NCBI RefSeq assembly: GCF_009914755.1
Contig: NC_060925.1
Reading direction: 5' to 3' (one strand)
DNA length: 64,000 bases
Source: the human T2T-CHM13v2.0 reference genome, Homo sapiens
Positions 30,034 through 44,597 of the stretch are shown here, piece by piece. A program made the position numbers and the translations under genes. Position 1 is the first letter of the stretch; each line of letters begins with the position of its first letter. The notes under the pieces are model-generated. The model saw only the letters and a program-made list of their open reading frames with translations, made no database searches and was not told where the DNA came from.

Positions 30034-31440
30034 AGGGCAGAGACATGACTGAGCCTTTGGGACTGCAGCACAAACGAGATGCCATTCTGGAACCATTCCC
30101 CCAAAAGACTGTGCACTATCCTGAAGCCCAGCAGCACTGGGGCTGAGGCATAAGTGCCACTGGGCTGAGGTACGAGTGGTATACATGCTCCCCACCTGCC
30201 AGCTAGGGTGCCATCACAGATGGCAGCATCATCTCCAGCCCCAAGTAGCAGGGCAGAAGTACAGATACTACCTTCCACAATCCAAGCATCCCACCAGTGG
30301 CCTGGCGACCACTCTGCCCCTGCCTACCACAGCCAGCACTTGTTCACATCATCAGGGAGCCTGAGGCAAGCAAGACAGGCCTGACTCTGCCCCTCCTCCT
30401 CCCATGCCAGACCATATAGTTTGAGGGCCAGAAGACTGCCCAGCCCAGTCCACCACTACTGGCACCTGAACGCTCCTCCCCAGGGAATGAGATTGGGCCT
30501 ACACTCATAGCCACTACCACCAGAGCTGGCATTTACCTGTATACAACACCTTCAAGCCTGGGGACTGGCACACCTAGACGATCTCAGCCACTGTCAAAAA
30601 CAATGCACACCGCTTGGGACCCAGAGGGTCATCCTGCCACTGTCACGGTCATCACCCATGCCACACTGGCTACCCAGAGGCTTGAGAACCTGTCCATCTG
30701 CCTGGCCCATGATGGCTACTACCAGCATCTGAGTAGGCCAACTAGAGGCCCATGAATCAGTCCACCAGGACCAGCTAAAATTGCTGCCAGTGCACACCAC
30801 TCTGGAGCCCAAGGACAGGCATGGTCAGCTCAATACTGCCACCACTGCGACCCAAAGACTAGACTACCTAGTGTCCCAGTCCTCAGCAAAACTAGAACAC
30901 AGCCTCCACTAGTAATTGCACACTAAGCCAATGAGCAAGTCTCAGATACCACGGATGCTGCTTATAAACAAAAAAAAAATCACACAGAGACTACACCACT
31001 GCATGCACCCAGAAAAAGGCCAAAGTGCCCTACCCAACCAGTAATGAGGATTCATCTGCAGGAAAAAGTCCCCCCAAAACAAAAGCAAATTCAAAAAATT
31101 GGAACAAACAACTGATATAACAGATGTTCAGATATCAATGTAAGGACAAAGAAAAAATGAAAAGCAAGAAAATATGACACCTCCAAAGGAACAAAATAAT
31201 CCTCCAGAAACAGATCCCAATCAAAAACAAAGTCATGAAATCTCAGAAAAAGAATTTAAATTATTGATTCTAAAGACACTCAGTGAGATACAAGGCATTC
31301 TGAAAAACAATATAAAAGAATCAGAAAAATAATGCAGGACGTGAATGAAACTTTTACGAAGGAGATATATATCACAAAAAAAAGAACCAAACAGAAATTC
31401 TGGAGATGAATTAATTGACTGAACTACAAAATACATTTGA

Positions 31441-31873
<433 letters not shown>

Positions 31874-33811
31874 TACAAAATACGTTTGAAAGCATCAACA
31901 ATAGACTAAACCAAGCATAAGAACCAGATGTCAGAACTTGGAGATAGGTATTTTGAAATAACCCAGTCAGGCAAAAATAAGAAATAAAAAATGAACAAAA
32001 CCTTTGTGATCTATGGGACACAATAAAGCGACCAAATATACAAATCATCTGTATCCCCAAAGGAAGAGAATATAAGAGTTCCAAAAACTATTTAATGAAA
32101 TAATAAACAAAAATTTCTGAAGTCTATCAAGAGACTAGACATTCAGATGCAGGGGGACCAGTAATCCCTAAGCAGATACAATGCAAAAAGTCTTTCCCAT
32201 GGAATATTATAGCCAAAATGTCTAAAGTCAATGACAAAAAAAGAATCCTGAACAAGAGAAAAGTGACTAATCACCTATAAAGAAACCCCCATTAGACTAA
32301 CAGCAGATTCCTAAATAGAAACCTTACAGACCAGGAATGGGATGATAAATTCAAAATGCTGAAAGAAAAAAACCTGCCAGTCAAGGACACTCACTATTAA
32401 TATATCCAGAAAAAAAATCCTTCATAAATTTAGGAAAAATAAAGTATTTCCCAGGTAAGTAAAAGCTAAGGGAATTCATCACCAGTAAGCCAGCCCTACA
32501 AGATGTGATCAAGGGAACTCTAAACCTGAAAGCAAAAGAATGACCTTTACCATCTTGAAAACACACGAAAATACAAAACTCAACAATAAAGCAAACACAC
32601 AAATGAGAAAGAGAAAAGATTCACGGTACAACCACAGATAACCACCAAACCACAATGACAAACAATAAGAGAAAAAGAAAGGACCAAAGAATATAGAAAA
32701 ACACCAGAAAATAACAATATGGCAGGAACAAAACCACACATACCAATAATAAACTTGAATGTAAAACTAAAAATACAACTACCACACAATCAGCAATCTC
32801 AGTACTGGGTATCCATCCAAAGGAAAGGAAATTAGTATATTGAAGAGATATTGCAGCACTATTCACAGTCGCCAAAACATGGAATCAACCTAACTGTTCA
32901 TCAATAGATGAATGGATAAAGAAAATGTTGTGTATATACACAATGGAATAATAAAGTAATTAGGGCATAAAATTAATGATATCATGTCATTTGCAGCAAC
33001 ATGAATGGAACTGGGGGGTCATTATTTTAAGTGAAATAAATCAGGCATACAAAGACAAATATTGCATGTTCTCATATGTGGAAGCTAAAAATATTCTCTC
33101 ATAGAAAGTAGAATAATCGATACTAGAGGCTGGGAAGGATGGGTTGGTAGGGGTGGACGATGAAGAGCGGTAGCTTAACAGGTACAAACATAAGATTAGA
33201 AAACAGGTATACTCTGTTGTCAAAGGAGAGCATAGTAACTATTGTTAACAACATTGTATTATATATTTCAAAGTAGCTGGAAGACAGGACTTAAATTGTT
33301 CCCAACATAAAGAAATGACAAATACACAAAATGGTAGATAATTTAACCACTCTTAATTGATCATCACACATTCCACACAATGTAACAAAATATCACATGT
33401 ACCCAATAAATATGTAAAATATTATGTATCAATTTTTAAAACAGAAAATCAGAACCATAAAATTCTACTTTCTCACTCACACATATCACTCAAAAGCATT
33501 CTATGGTTCTACATTCTACTTTCCCAAACCACCTAATCCAGAAAATAAATAAAGACATATAATAGTCTGTATTCAGCATTTTTTATGGCACAAGATATTT
33601 TCTAGGTACCCTGAACCATACCAGAAATCAGCTGAAATATTAATACATTTTACACGAGGTCAACTTCTCCACATAATGTAAGATTCAATTTACTTCAAAT
33701 GCTTTTCAAAAATTAAAAATAAGAATAAATCACAGTCCAACTTCTCTTCTGTACAAGTCTAATATATAGCATGATCACAAGTAGTTGAAAAAATAAAAAA
33801 GTGAGAAGGAC

Positions 33812-34113
33812 ATCCGGACACGGTGCCTGATACTTGTAATCCCAGCACTTTGGGAGACCAAGACAGGAGGATCTCCTGAGTTCAGGAGTTCAAGACCAGC
33901 CTAGGCAACATGGTGAAACCCAATCTCTACAGAAAAAAAAAAAAAAAAAAATTAGTTGGGCATGGTGGTGCATGCATGCCTGTAGTCCCAGCTACTAAGG
34001 AAGCTGAGGTGGGAAGATCATTTGAACCAGGGAAGTCGAGGTTGCAGTGAGCCATGTTACACCACGCCCACCAGCCTGGATAACAAAGCAAGATCCTGTC
34101 TCAAAAAAAAAAA
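33812..34113 (+). mobile_element. Alu (AluJ-like)
   Basis: Dimeric Alu with an A19 central run and A tail; flanked by AAGGACA on both sides. Confidence 0.9.
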
Positions 34114-36355
34114 GGACAAGGATATGCTAACTTTGAAAATTAAGGTAATAATTTCTGGAAATAGTATGTATTTCCTGGAAGCTAGCATTATATTAAAAGT
34201 TTCTGTATGTTAAAGCACTCGTATGGCTTCTGCATTCCACAAACCATTTATAAACTTACCCTGATTTGCACAGGTTTATAATTTTATTCCTACAAATTAA
34301 TCTATTACTTTGATCTGAGGTTTCCCAATGTTCATATTTAATCACCCTCACCACCAATTAGTCACAAACTATATTTCAAATGTAAGAAATCAAGGAGATG
34401 AAAGTCATGGCCCATGGCTGTGAAGTACTTATAATCTATTTTGGTTAAGTTATAACCAAAGTTGAACAACAGCAGTATAAAGAACAAACTAAGTCAGAAT
34501 GGTATAATAATTATAATATAAAAAAGTTATACCAGAGAGTAATCTCTCAAGGTAAGGCAAACAGGAAAAACTTCCTAAAGGCAAAGAAACTTGAGATGGA
34601 CATAATCATTTAGAAACGTAGGAAGAAAAAAAAAATAGGTCAAATCTTGTGTGTATGACTTGGCGCAACTTACTATCCTTCTTTAAACCTCAGGTTTCTT
34701 CATCCATAAGAAATTCAAACAAGAGAGACATGTTTAAAAGCAAACAAATTAATGAGGTATTTACTAATGAGGCTGTCCATGATGACTACATGCTATTTTA
34801 TTCAGAAAATATTAAAACATTACCAGTTACTGTTGTCTACTCAAGATATGACATACTAGGATTTGAAATGTTATTTCTATTTTACTTTGTGACAGTTAAT
34901 CATCTGATAAGGGATTAATGGAAGTTCATAAAATATTACGATCTTATATAGAAATGAGACTCATAAAAGAATCTTCAAATGAAGAGAAGAAAAGAAGTTT
35001 CCTCTAAGAGGAGAGACAGAGTCTAACATATTTCCTAAATTACTAAGCAAAATGTAAAAAGAGGCCAGGATGGATGTACTTGATTTCCTCTTCAAATATG
35101 CAAATAACTAGATAAAGCTTACAAAAAGTCTCATATTACAAGAGATATTGAGTTTCTTCAAAAGGACTGCACAAATTACAATTAGAATTATATAACATGG
35201 CAGTAACAGCTACAATGTGCTTGAAAATTTTATTTTAAAAAATATACCTTAATGAAAGTAGAGAAAGTAGTATGAGACTGGTAGAAAAGAAGGAGCTAGA
35301 AGCTAGAAGACCTGGATTCTAGATTTGTAACTATCAAGCCACATAACTTCTCTAAACCGCTGCCATTTTTCTCAAATATAATTAAATCCATCTTCACTTG
35401 ATTATTTTGAGGACTAAAGCAGTAAATGTTGGTGAAAATGGCATCCTATAAAAACTTAATAAATATTAGGCAAGATAATTTGGCAAGAAAATGTTCAAGA
35501 AGAATTTCTATTAAAGTAAAATCAAAAGTGAAAATTCACTATGTGTAAGAGATCCTACCATAAGAAATTCCCATATGTATTTAAATGGTTGATGAGAACC
35601 CAGAAGTTGGTAAGTACTGCTCAGTTGTCAGCCAGGGGAAAAAATATAGTAAAAAAAAAAAGTTGAGGGGGGACATTAAGATCAGAAAAACAAGAAGGAA
35701 AAGCTCTAGAAATCCAGTTATTAAATGTACAAAGAAGAATAGAATTTTTAAAAATCACTATTTGGCAAAAATCACAGTAAGAAATTGTTTCAGGCAACAG
35801 TAATCAATATATGCGAAAGGAGTCAAAGTTGAGGTTTAATAGGATATTACATAGTTTCAAAGTATTTCTCTGCACAATTACAAAAGACAGAAATAGCACC
35901 TTTTTGATGGAGAAAACCAGCACATCCATCTTAATCAAATGAGTAAAATTAACATCCCCAGTAGTGGAGAAATACCACATACCTCCTAGTGTGATGCACT
36001 GAGAGTAACACATCACTTCTGTTGTATTCTGGAGGAAAATAAATAATCTGAATCTAATCATGAGGAAAAATCAAACAAACCCAAACTGAGGAACATTCTA
36101 CAAAATAGCTGGCTTATGCACTTCAAAATTATCAATGTCATTAAGCACAATGAAAGACTAAGGAACTAATCCATATTAAAGAAAACAAAAGAGGCATGGC
36201 AGCTGAATGCTATGTATGATGATATTTCTTTTGCTATAAAGATATTATTAGGACAACTGGCAAAATCTGATTTAGCTTTATAGATTAGTTAATATTATTA
36301 TATCATTGTTAATCTGCTATATTGTTAATTAACTGGCGTTAATCACATAAAATAT

Positions 36356-36734
36356 TGTCTGAATTAGTCTGCTCAGGCTGCCATAACAAAATATCATGGA
36401 CTGGGTAGCTTAAAGAACAGAATTTTATTTCTCACAGTTCTGAAGACTGAAAATTAGAAATCAGGGTGCCAGCATGGTCAGGTTCTGGTAAGTTCTCTCT
36501 TCCTCTCTTGTAGATGGCTGCCTTCTAGTTGGGTCCTCAAATGGCAGCGAGAGAAGGAGAGCCCAAGCTCTCTGGTATATTTGCTTGTAAGGACAATAAT
36601 GTCATCATGAAGGCCCTGTTCTCAGGACCTCATCTAAACCTAATCACTCCCAAAGCCTCCATCTCCAAACCACCATATTAGGGGCTAGGGCTTCAACATA
36701 TTAAGTTTTAGGGCATACAAATTCAGTCCATAAT
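36356..36734 (-). mobile_element. MLT1A-type LTR inside an L1M 3' region
   Basis: tagtctgctcaggctgccataac...aattcagtccataata. Confidence 0.8.
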
Positions 36735-37994
36735 AATATCCCTGTCAAAAAATTCTATACACAGACTCATATACAGACAGAGGAAAGAGAAAAAGAGAAA
36801 GAAAAAGCAAATATTATTGTTATGGATTCTGAGTGAAAGCTATATGGCAATCCTTTGTACTACTATTACTTTTCCATAAGTCTGAAATTATGCCAAAATC
36901 AAAATAAAAAGTTAAAAGAAAACAACTCATTATTGATCTCTCTGATTATACCTCTACATAGGCAACTGACTGCTTTGATTAAAAGTTATTAGAAACCACA
37001 ACAGTTCTGCTGGCAAATATGTAATCGTCAAGAAAAATCAGATGCTTAAGTGTTGACAAAAAATCTTCCAAAGAAACATCTATATTGAAGTTACTTTACA
37101 GTGGCTTGTTCCTAAAGCTCATTTTCCATGTCCATAAACTTCTTCCAAGAGAGAAAACAGTATGTAACATCTGTTTCTAATTTCACATAATCTGCTATTG
37201 TGGATATAAAAGACCTGTTGATTATCACATCTATCTCCCTGCTTGTGCTAAAAAACAAAAGCAAGCAAAAACTCTGCACCTTTTCAGAAAAGAATGTTTA
37301 ATCTCATCATTAAAAAATAAGAGATTACACACAACAGGTTAGAAATAGAGATGAAGCTCACTCAATGTAATGATTCTATTAATGATTTTATTTTTTTTCA
37401 CTCAATCTCATTTTTCTTCCTCTATGACTTTCTCAGTATGTAGTAAATTAACTTTAAAGGCTGCTAGGGAATACTTGTTGAACTCACTAGCCAATGTCTA
37501 CAGATATTAACACTCAATACCCTTAATTATACAATACTATTTAACCTTCATAAAAATTATCTTCATATTGAACTTAAGAAGCAACTTATCTAACCATAGC
37601 ACTACTAGGGCTAAAGATGAAAAACCATTCCTAACAACGTAATTAAAATTACTTGGTGAGAAAAGGGTTCCACAGTCAAGTTTATAAAATGTTGAGTAAA
37701 AGTAAATTAATCAAGTCATTTTTTACTAGAATATATCACATTTTTTAACATGTTAATATATATATTCTAAGTCTCAAGGTGGGAAATGATTTATAGTAGC
37801 ACAGAAATCCTAATATCTTAGAGAGTATATAGTTACTTTTTACTCTTTACAACATACAAGTTGTAAAAAGCTACATTATACAATATTATCCAATAATGTA
37901 ACAAAGATTCTGTTTTTGTTAATTGATGCCAAATTAAAGGCTTGATTGTAGCTCAGGCAACTACAGCAATGAATAAAGACAACTTCTAGCTTAC

Positions 37995-38082
37995 CATTGT
38001 GCACCCTTGACCATCCATCTCTTTCACAGTCTCTTCCAGAAGATCCCAATAAAGTATCAGCCCTGGGACTTGGGGGATCAAC
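37995..38082 (-). CDS. SPATA6: SPATA6 coding exon (probably exon 8), 88 nt
   Basis: ttcctctag|GTTGATCCC...CACAATG|gtaagc; VDPPSPRADTLLGSSGRDCERDGWSRVHN(D). Confidence 0.94.
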
Positions 38083-38589
38083 CTAGAGGAAGCAGGATTT
38101 TTATGTAAAAGAGAGTTTAAACATTCCTAGACTTTCAATCTCATGGTACCAGAAAAACTACTAGAGTACAGAGAGCATATATAATCAGGGAAACATGATG
38201 GTGCCCATGAGAGTCAGACATGTTCCAAAGAGTTTATTCAAGTATTTTGTTGTTCGTTGCAAAATAAAATTGAAATTTAACTTCAAAAATTTTTAATTCT
38301 ATATATATGTGCCTACTTTAAAATGAACAGACTTGGAATTGAAATGTTTATTACTCCAGTGCCTAGTTTGCTTTCCATCACAAGGTTAAAAAAAGAGCAA
38401 TATACTTTGCCATATTTTTAAAAGTCTAGCCATTTGCTTCTTAGCTCCTTAGCATGCACATTTTGAATTCAAACAGTCTTTATTTGGCTGCTTTCAGAGC
38501 CCAGCATGCTCAGTGATCTATAGCTTAATATAATAATAGTTAACCACATTTCCTAACAAAAAGTAAAAAGAATGATACAAATGTATAAA

Positions 38590-40105
38590 AAAAATTCCTA
38601 TTGATCAAAATTTAAAATTTTCATGCATCAAAAAATAATATCAACAGAATGAAAAGGCAACCCATTGAATCAGCCACAATATTTACAAATCATTTATCTG
38701 ATAAGGGGTTATTATCCAGAATAAAGAACCCCTACAACTCAATAACAAAAACAAATAGATTTAAAAATGAACTTGAATAGACATTTATCCAAAGAAGTTA
38801 TACAAATGGCCAATAAGAACATGAAAAGAAAAAAATTCAACAACCCTAATCATTAAGGAGACAGAAATCAAAATCATAGTGAGATACTACTTCACTGTAA
38901 TTTTGAGATACCACAAAATCATAGTGACGTACCCATTAGGATGGCTATTATGAAAATAAAGTGTGGGAGAAGATGTAAATAACTTTGAACACTTGGAATT
39001 TATTGGTGTGCAGTGCAAAATGGTACACCTGCTATAAAAAACACTATGTCAGGGTCTCAAACAATTTAAAACAGAATTACCATATGACTCAGCAATTTTT
39101 CATCTAGGTATATACCCAAAAGAGTTGAAAGCAGGGCCTCAAAAATATATTTGTACACCTATGTTTACAGCAGCGTTATTCACACTGTACACACTGTGAC
39201 ACAGCAACATTACTCATAATATCCAAAAGATGGAAGCAACCCAAGTGTCTATCAAGAGAAGAATGAACAAACAAATGTAGTATATACATATAAGAGAATA
39301 TTATTCAACGGTAAAAGGGAAAGAAATTCTCACATATGCTATAACATAGATGAACCTTTATGAATATTATACTAAGTTAAACAAGCCAATCGAAATAGGA
39401 CACATGATGTATAATCACACTTAATATGAGGTACCAAGAGTAGTCAAATTCATAGAAATAGTAGAATGGTAGTGGTTGTCAGGGGTTGGGGGAGACAGGA
39501 ATGGAAAGTTATTGCTTAATGGGCACAGAGTTTCAGTTTAGCAAGATGAAAAAAGTTCTAGAGATAGATGGTGGTATGGTTGTATAACAACATGAATATA
39601 TTTAATGTTTCTAAACTACACACTTAAAGATGGTTAAAATGGTAAATTTTATAATATATATAACCACAATTTAAAAAAACAAATTTTTTTAAAAGACAGC
39701 CCACACAATGGGTAAAATGTGGTATATAGTCTTACAACAGGATATAATTAAGCCATAAAAAGGAATCAAGTACTGATATATGCAACATGGATGAACCTCA
39801 AAAACACTGTGCTAAGTGAAAAAAGCCAGACACAAAAGGCCAAATGTTGTATAATTATATTTATATGAAATGGTAGAATAGGCAAATTCATAGAGACAGA
39901 AAGCAGATTAGTGATTGCCAAGACTATGGGAAGGAAGGAATGCAGAGTGAATACTTAATAAGTACAGAGTTTCCATTTAGGAGATGAAGAAATTCTGGAA
40001 CCAGATAGCTGCATAACACTGTGAACATCCTTAAAACAACTGAATTGTACACTTTAAATTCGAAATGGTAAACTTACGTATATTCTACCACAATAGAAAA
40101 AGAAA
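38590..40105 (+). mobile_element. Two tandem L1MB-type 3' ends
   Basis: ORF2 C-terminal and 3'UTR motifs (catatgactcagcaatt, cacttaaagatggttaaaatggtaaatttt) ending near 39690 and again near 40105. Confidence 0.8.
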
Positions 40106-40176
40106 AGATCTTATTCTGCATAAATGGAAAATAAAAAGGCTGTTTTACTCGTCTAGGATAATTGCACCAGTTTTTT

Positions 40177-40287
40177 TTGGAAGCATGTTAATTGATTTCT
40201 TAAAACTGTTTCCTTATTCTTTAAGATGAAAGAATCTTGGAAGCACGCTAATTGATTTCTTAAAACTGTTTCCTTATTCTTTAAGAT
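40177..40287. repeat. 51-bp direct duplication with a 9-bp spacer
   Basis: 40177-40227 and 40237-40287 are identical apart from 2 mismatches. Confidence 0.95.
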
Positions 40288-42078
40288 CACTTTTCATACC
40301 ATGTACATTGACTACAATGTCTTTCCTAAAAGTGTTACATTTTGCATATGCATGTATTAAGTTAAAACTGTGTTTGGTTACCTATTTGCTAAGTGCTTCT
40401 AAAACCATGAATGGCTATGGCGGAAAAAAAATCTCTATGTTTACAAACACAATCGGAAAATCCACTTTCCTATTTAATAATGTAAGCAATCTAAGTATAG
40501 ACTTAGGAGTAGGCATTTCTGTTTATTGAAAAGCTAGGGAGGGAAACCATTTAAATACAAACTTCAAAGTTTGTATCAAGCAATATTAGAATTATTCCAT
40601 TCTAAACACTGACATAAAAAGTAATAATAAAACAAACATTTAAAGAAAAGCAGTTATTTTTCCAAAGAATTTTAATGTGGCTTACCCCTAAAATATTTCA
40701 GTTTATTTTTGTACATAGCATTTTAATTAAAATGTTACTATTCCTTCAGATGAAAATATAGTATATCCTTTCTTTTCAATTTAATTTGTAATTGTGGGAA
40801 GACTTAAAATTAAAGGCATTCTAAAACTGTCACCAAATATGCAACTAAAATATTATCTGAATATTGGTCAAACAACAACAAAAAAGTGACCAAAAGTTAA
40901 AATCAAATTCTGTAGAAATGAGAAAAGTAGTCACAATAACTTCAATAAAATGTTGCCACTTAAAAGTATCCATTATACTATAAATTTTCTTTTATGATAA
41001 AACAATCTGTTACTTAAGAGTTAAAAAAAACGACTCATAGTCAAAATACAGGTGGAATGAAATGTTGCTTAAGACAATATTTAAATTGTTTTAAAAAGGT
41101 ATCATAAAGAAAATCTGAACTTTCAGATTGTGTATGTTCAAAAAGTTATTAGACCACCAAAGGGGCATATTTACATGTTGGATGAATTCATTTTACAATT
41201 TAGAAAAAATGAATTAAAGACATTAGTCAGAAATATTTTTATAGATATCCCAAAAAGTTATTTTGCTTCTATCAGCACTTAAATCTTGAGGTTTAGTATT
41301 ATTATATATGTACATATAACATTAATCCATATTTTTATTAGTCTGAAAGCTTTCAGTAAAGAATTGCTTTTAAGGTAAAAATACTTCATAGAAATTCAGG
41401 AAACTATGAAGATTCTGAGGGAGTCCTTTCCTAAACATTCTGATTATAAACCCTTAAATTTAGCCAAAGTCTACTTGATAATCATATAAACACAAGACTC
41501 TAAATTTCAACTATATCAAAAGCACAGTTCAGTACAGAGACTAGAACTAGGTTACCCTTAAATGAACTTTTTTCATTTTCAAAGGCCTTCCCATAACCAT
41601 CAAACAATAATTTGCTTTGAAGATCCATCATACAAAGTTTACCCAAGGGATGTAATTTAAAAGGAAACTTACTTTCCATTTTAATTTTTATAATTTAAAA
41701 AAGGAGGGTCTTCCTTTTCATAAAGAATATTTGGTTCTCTTTTAAAGCCCTACTCTGCCATTTTAGTACTAATGTCAATTACAACCAAGTTCAATTGGTA
41801 GCGTTATTATGCTATCTATTGTATAAGAAAGGAAACCGGTACTGAGAGGATTTAACATGGCATTCATAACACAGCTTGATCTCTGTCAGGTCTGAAGACT
41901 GAAAAAAAGCAAGTTCTTTCATTCTAAATTAATTTCCCATCTTAGACTGCTAGGGTAGCAGTCAGAAGAGAAAAGTATTATTAATATAAGCTAGAAGTTG
42001 AAAGATATTTCAGAATAACAGTTTTTTTGGGAAAAAAGCTGATCAGTTTCAAATAGAAATGCTTAAGAGAACACATAC

Positions 42079-42372
42079 ATGTCTAATCACAAATGGAGGT
42101 TTATCTGTTTCTTTTTTGAACTCATAGGGTCCCAGATTTAAATGGGCCAGCCGCCGCCTGGTGTCTTCAGATAGCTCACACATGCGTCTTTTTGTGTAGG
42201 GAGATGGAGAGTGTGATTTTGAAGAAATTGTAGGCTGTTCGTAGTTTTTTGCATTTATACAGTATTTACTTCTCTCAGGTGACTTGGATTTTTTCTTTTG
42301 TGATCTTGATGTTCTGTTTTGCAGTCTGCCATGTGATTTTTCAACTGGAGCCAAATGGTAAATAAATTTATC
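42079..42372 (-). CDS. SPATA6: SPATA6 coding exon (probably exon 7), 294 nt, phase 0/0
   Basis: tgtttag|GATAAATTT...AGACAT|gtatgt; DKFIYHLAPVEKSHGRLQNRTSRSQKKKSKSPER...KKETDKPPFVIRH; overlaps ORF 42049-42354(-). Confidence 0.96.
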
Positions 42373-44184
42373 CTAAACATAAAAAATAAAAATTAACTTG
42401 GTCAAAGGGGATTTTTAAAATTCCTGTTGGTGGGGAAAAAATTAAAAAGTAATTTAAATAAGACGCAAAATCTATCAAAGCCAACTAGATCAGTCCTTCC
42501 TATCTGTGCTGATCCTGGGATAAGTCAAATCCACATTCTCCTAGATAACTCTTTCTGCAGTAGTTATTAAAGTACACTGTCTCAAACTTCCTTAAGTCCA
42601 ACAAGGACTTTATAAAAATTAAAGCCCGATACTTAATCACTTGAAAAATTAAAGAAACAAAGTCAAAAAAATTATTTTTCAGTATACTAAAAAAGTGATT
42701 GGTTACATATATATTTAAATATTCGTGTAATTGGCTATATAAGAGAACTATGTTTAGTAATGTTAAAAATACATGCCAGATTAGTTGATTACAAAATCTT
42801 TAAAGATAAAACTATAAAAATAAGTTTCATCCCTTCTGCTATAATTATATATATATCTGTACAACACAAAAATATAAAGAACTCTATACATATTTTAATG
42901 AAATGTGTTATTTGGATTGTAATACACACTTTTAAGCTCCCTTCCGAGCTGTAACTTCACAATGACAGATAAACATACCATCTTAATTCTGGTCCCATAT
43001 TTTTATAAAATTAGGAATATAAAAAGCATTATAAACTTAGTAACATTTTATCTAATAAAACTGGTTAGCAGTCTAAAAGTTTTGAGGCTAAAATTTAATA
43101 ATTCTAACTTTTTTATTATTAGAATAACATCTTATTCAAATAATCTCTGCCTTATAAAGGCCTTAATAGTTGGATTACAAGCAAGTAATATAATATTTCT
43201 TCCTACTTTATCCAGAGTTATAAGAAGCTTTTCAATTCAAGAAAATGGACTGCGGAGAATTTTTAAATGTCTTCCTAACTTTAATCACTTTTAAAAGCCA
43301 CCAATCCTACCTCCAGCTCTATTTCCTCAACACCTCTCTTGACTTGCTAAGGGTAACTAAGTGAATAAAATACAAATGTGAATAGGATGAAGAAGAGTCA
43401 AATTTTTTAAGTGGATACACAGAAAAGAAAATTAATTTTCCTAATTGGAAAAGTGAGTTTCAGCTAGGGCAATGGTCTATGCATTTCATACAGACCAGTT
43501 GCATCAGATTACTCCATCTTTCCTTCTTCTGTAGTTCATGGTATGCTTCTGGACCTTCTCCACCTTGTTCAATGATTTCAAAAAGTAATTCAGAATTTTT
43601 CTACCATATCCATTTCACCCATCTCTGTGACATCACAGACTTACAGAAGCAAAGAATGTCAGCACTAGAAATGATCTTTGAGTTTACTAAAACATTCAAG
43701 CAATGAATCTTTCTAAGACCTTGGAATCATGAGTTTCTGTCTTTCAGTTTTAATTATCTAATTCTACTCCATCTTGGATTTAATAAATATGCAGATCCCT
43801 TGCATTCCAATTCTGAAAATCCCTTGCTGACCAAAACCTCTTTTCCTCAACCTACTTCTTGACTCACTGAATCTGTTACTTGCCCTTCTCATCTCCTCAG
43901 TCCCTAGAACTCTTCCCCCAAGTTCTTTACACATTTTTAATATCTCTTACCTCCAGACCCAACTAAACTCATAATCATCCATTTCAGCAATGCTGTAAAG
44001 TTCTTTCTTATATATATACCTCTGATTATATCAAACCTTAATTAACCTCATCTTTATTAAAGCTTTTAATACTGCATACTACTAGAGAAAGTTATAAATT
44101 ACATACTATCTACTACAAATGCATGCTGTCTAACCCTACTTATTCCTTAATGGATCCTGTTCATGCCTAGTAAAACTTTTAAAA

Positions 44185-44597
44185 AGTGACTGTGTTATAC
44201 CATTTATAAAATGGACTGACCATGTGACTTGCTTTGGACAACAGGAAAATAGCACATGCAGCACAAGGAGAGACACTTCAAAAGTGCTTATCCTCTCTTA
44301 TTCCTAAAACCTTCCTGCCATCACATGAATGAGCTGGAATTCTTAGCCTGATAGATGATGGGACTATCTCATCCCAGCTGAAATGAAGCTCATCACTAGA
44401 AATTTAAGATCCTTCCCTGGGCAAAACATCTGCCACTGTTCAACATGTGAGTAAAGCCATCCTAAACCATTCATCCCTAGCCAACCATTCTAGACTAAAG
44501 AAATCAACCAGCAGATCCACAGAACTGTGAGAAACACTTGCTGTTTTAAGTCACTAAGTTAATGAGGTCTGTAATACAACCAAAGCTATGTGATACA
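44185..44597 (+). mobile_element. Old MLT1-type LTR
   Basis: ccatgtgacttgctttggacaac...cacagaactgtgaga..gctgttttaag..gataca motifs. Confidence 0.6.

Noticed and set aside
40555-40576. 10-bp stem hairpin ATACAAACTT-CA-AAGTTTGTAT
   Set aside because: Too short to exceed chance in 64 kb of AT-rich DNA, with no RNA-gene hallmarks.
42049-42354. ORF-track entries over exons treated as standalone genes (also 54076-54312 and 27900-28124)
   Set aside because: They are SPATA6 exons with intron read-through; splice sites define the real boundaries.
42760-43294. Plus-strand 64-aa and 110-aa Ile/Lys-rich ORFs
   Set aside because: Composition reflects AT-rich intron sequence; no recognisable domain or exon structure.
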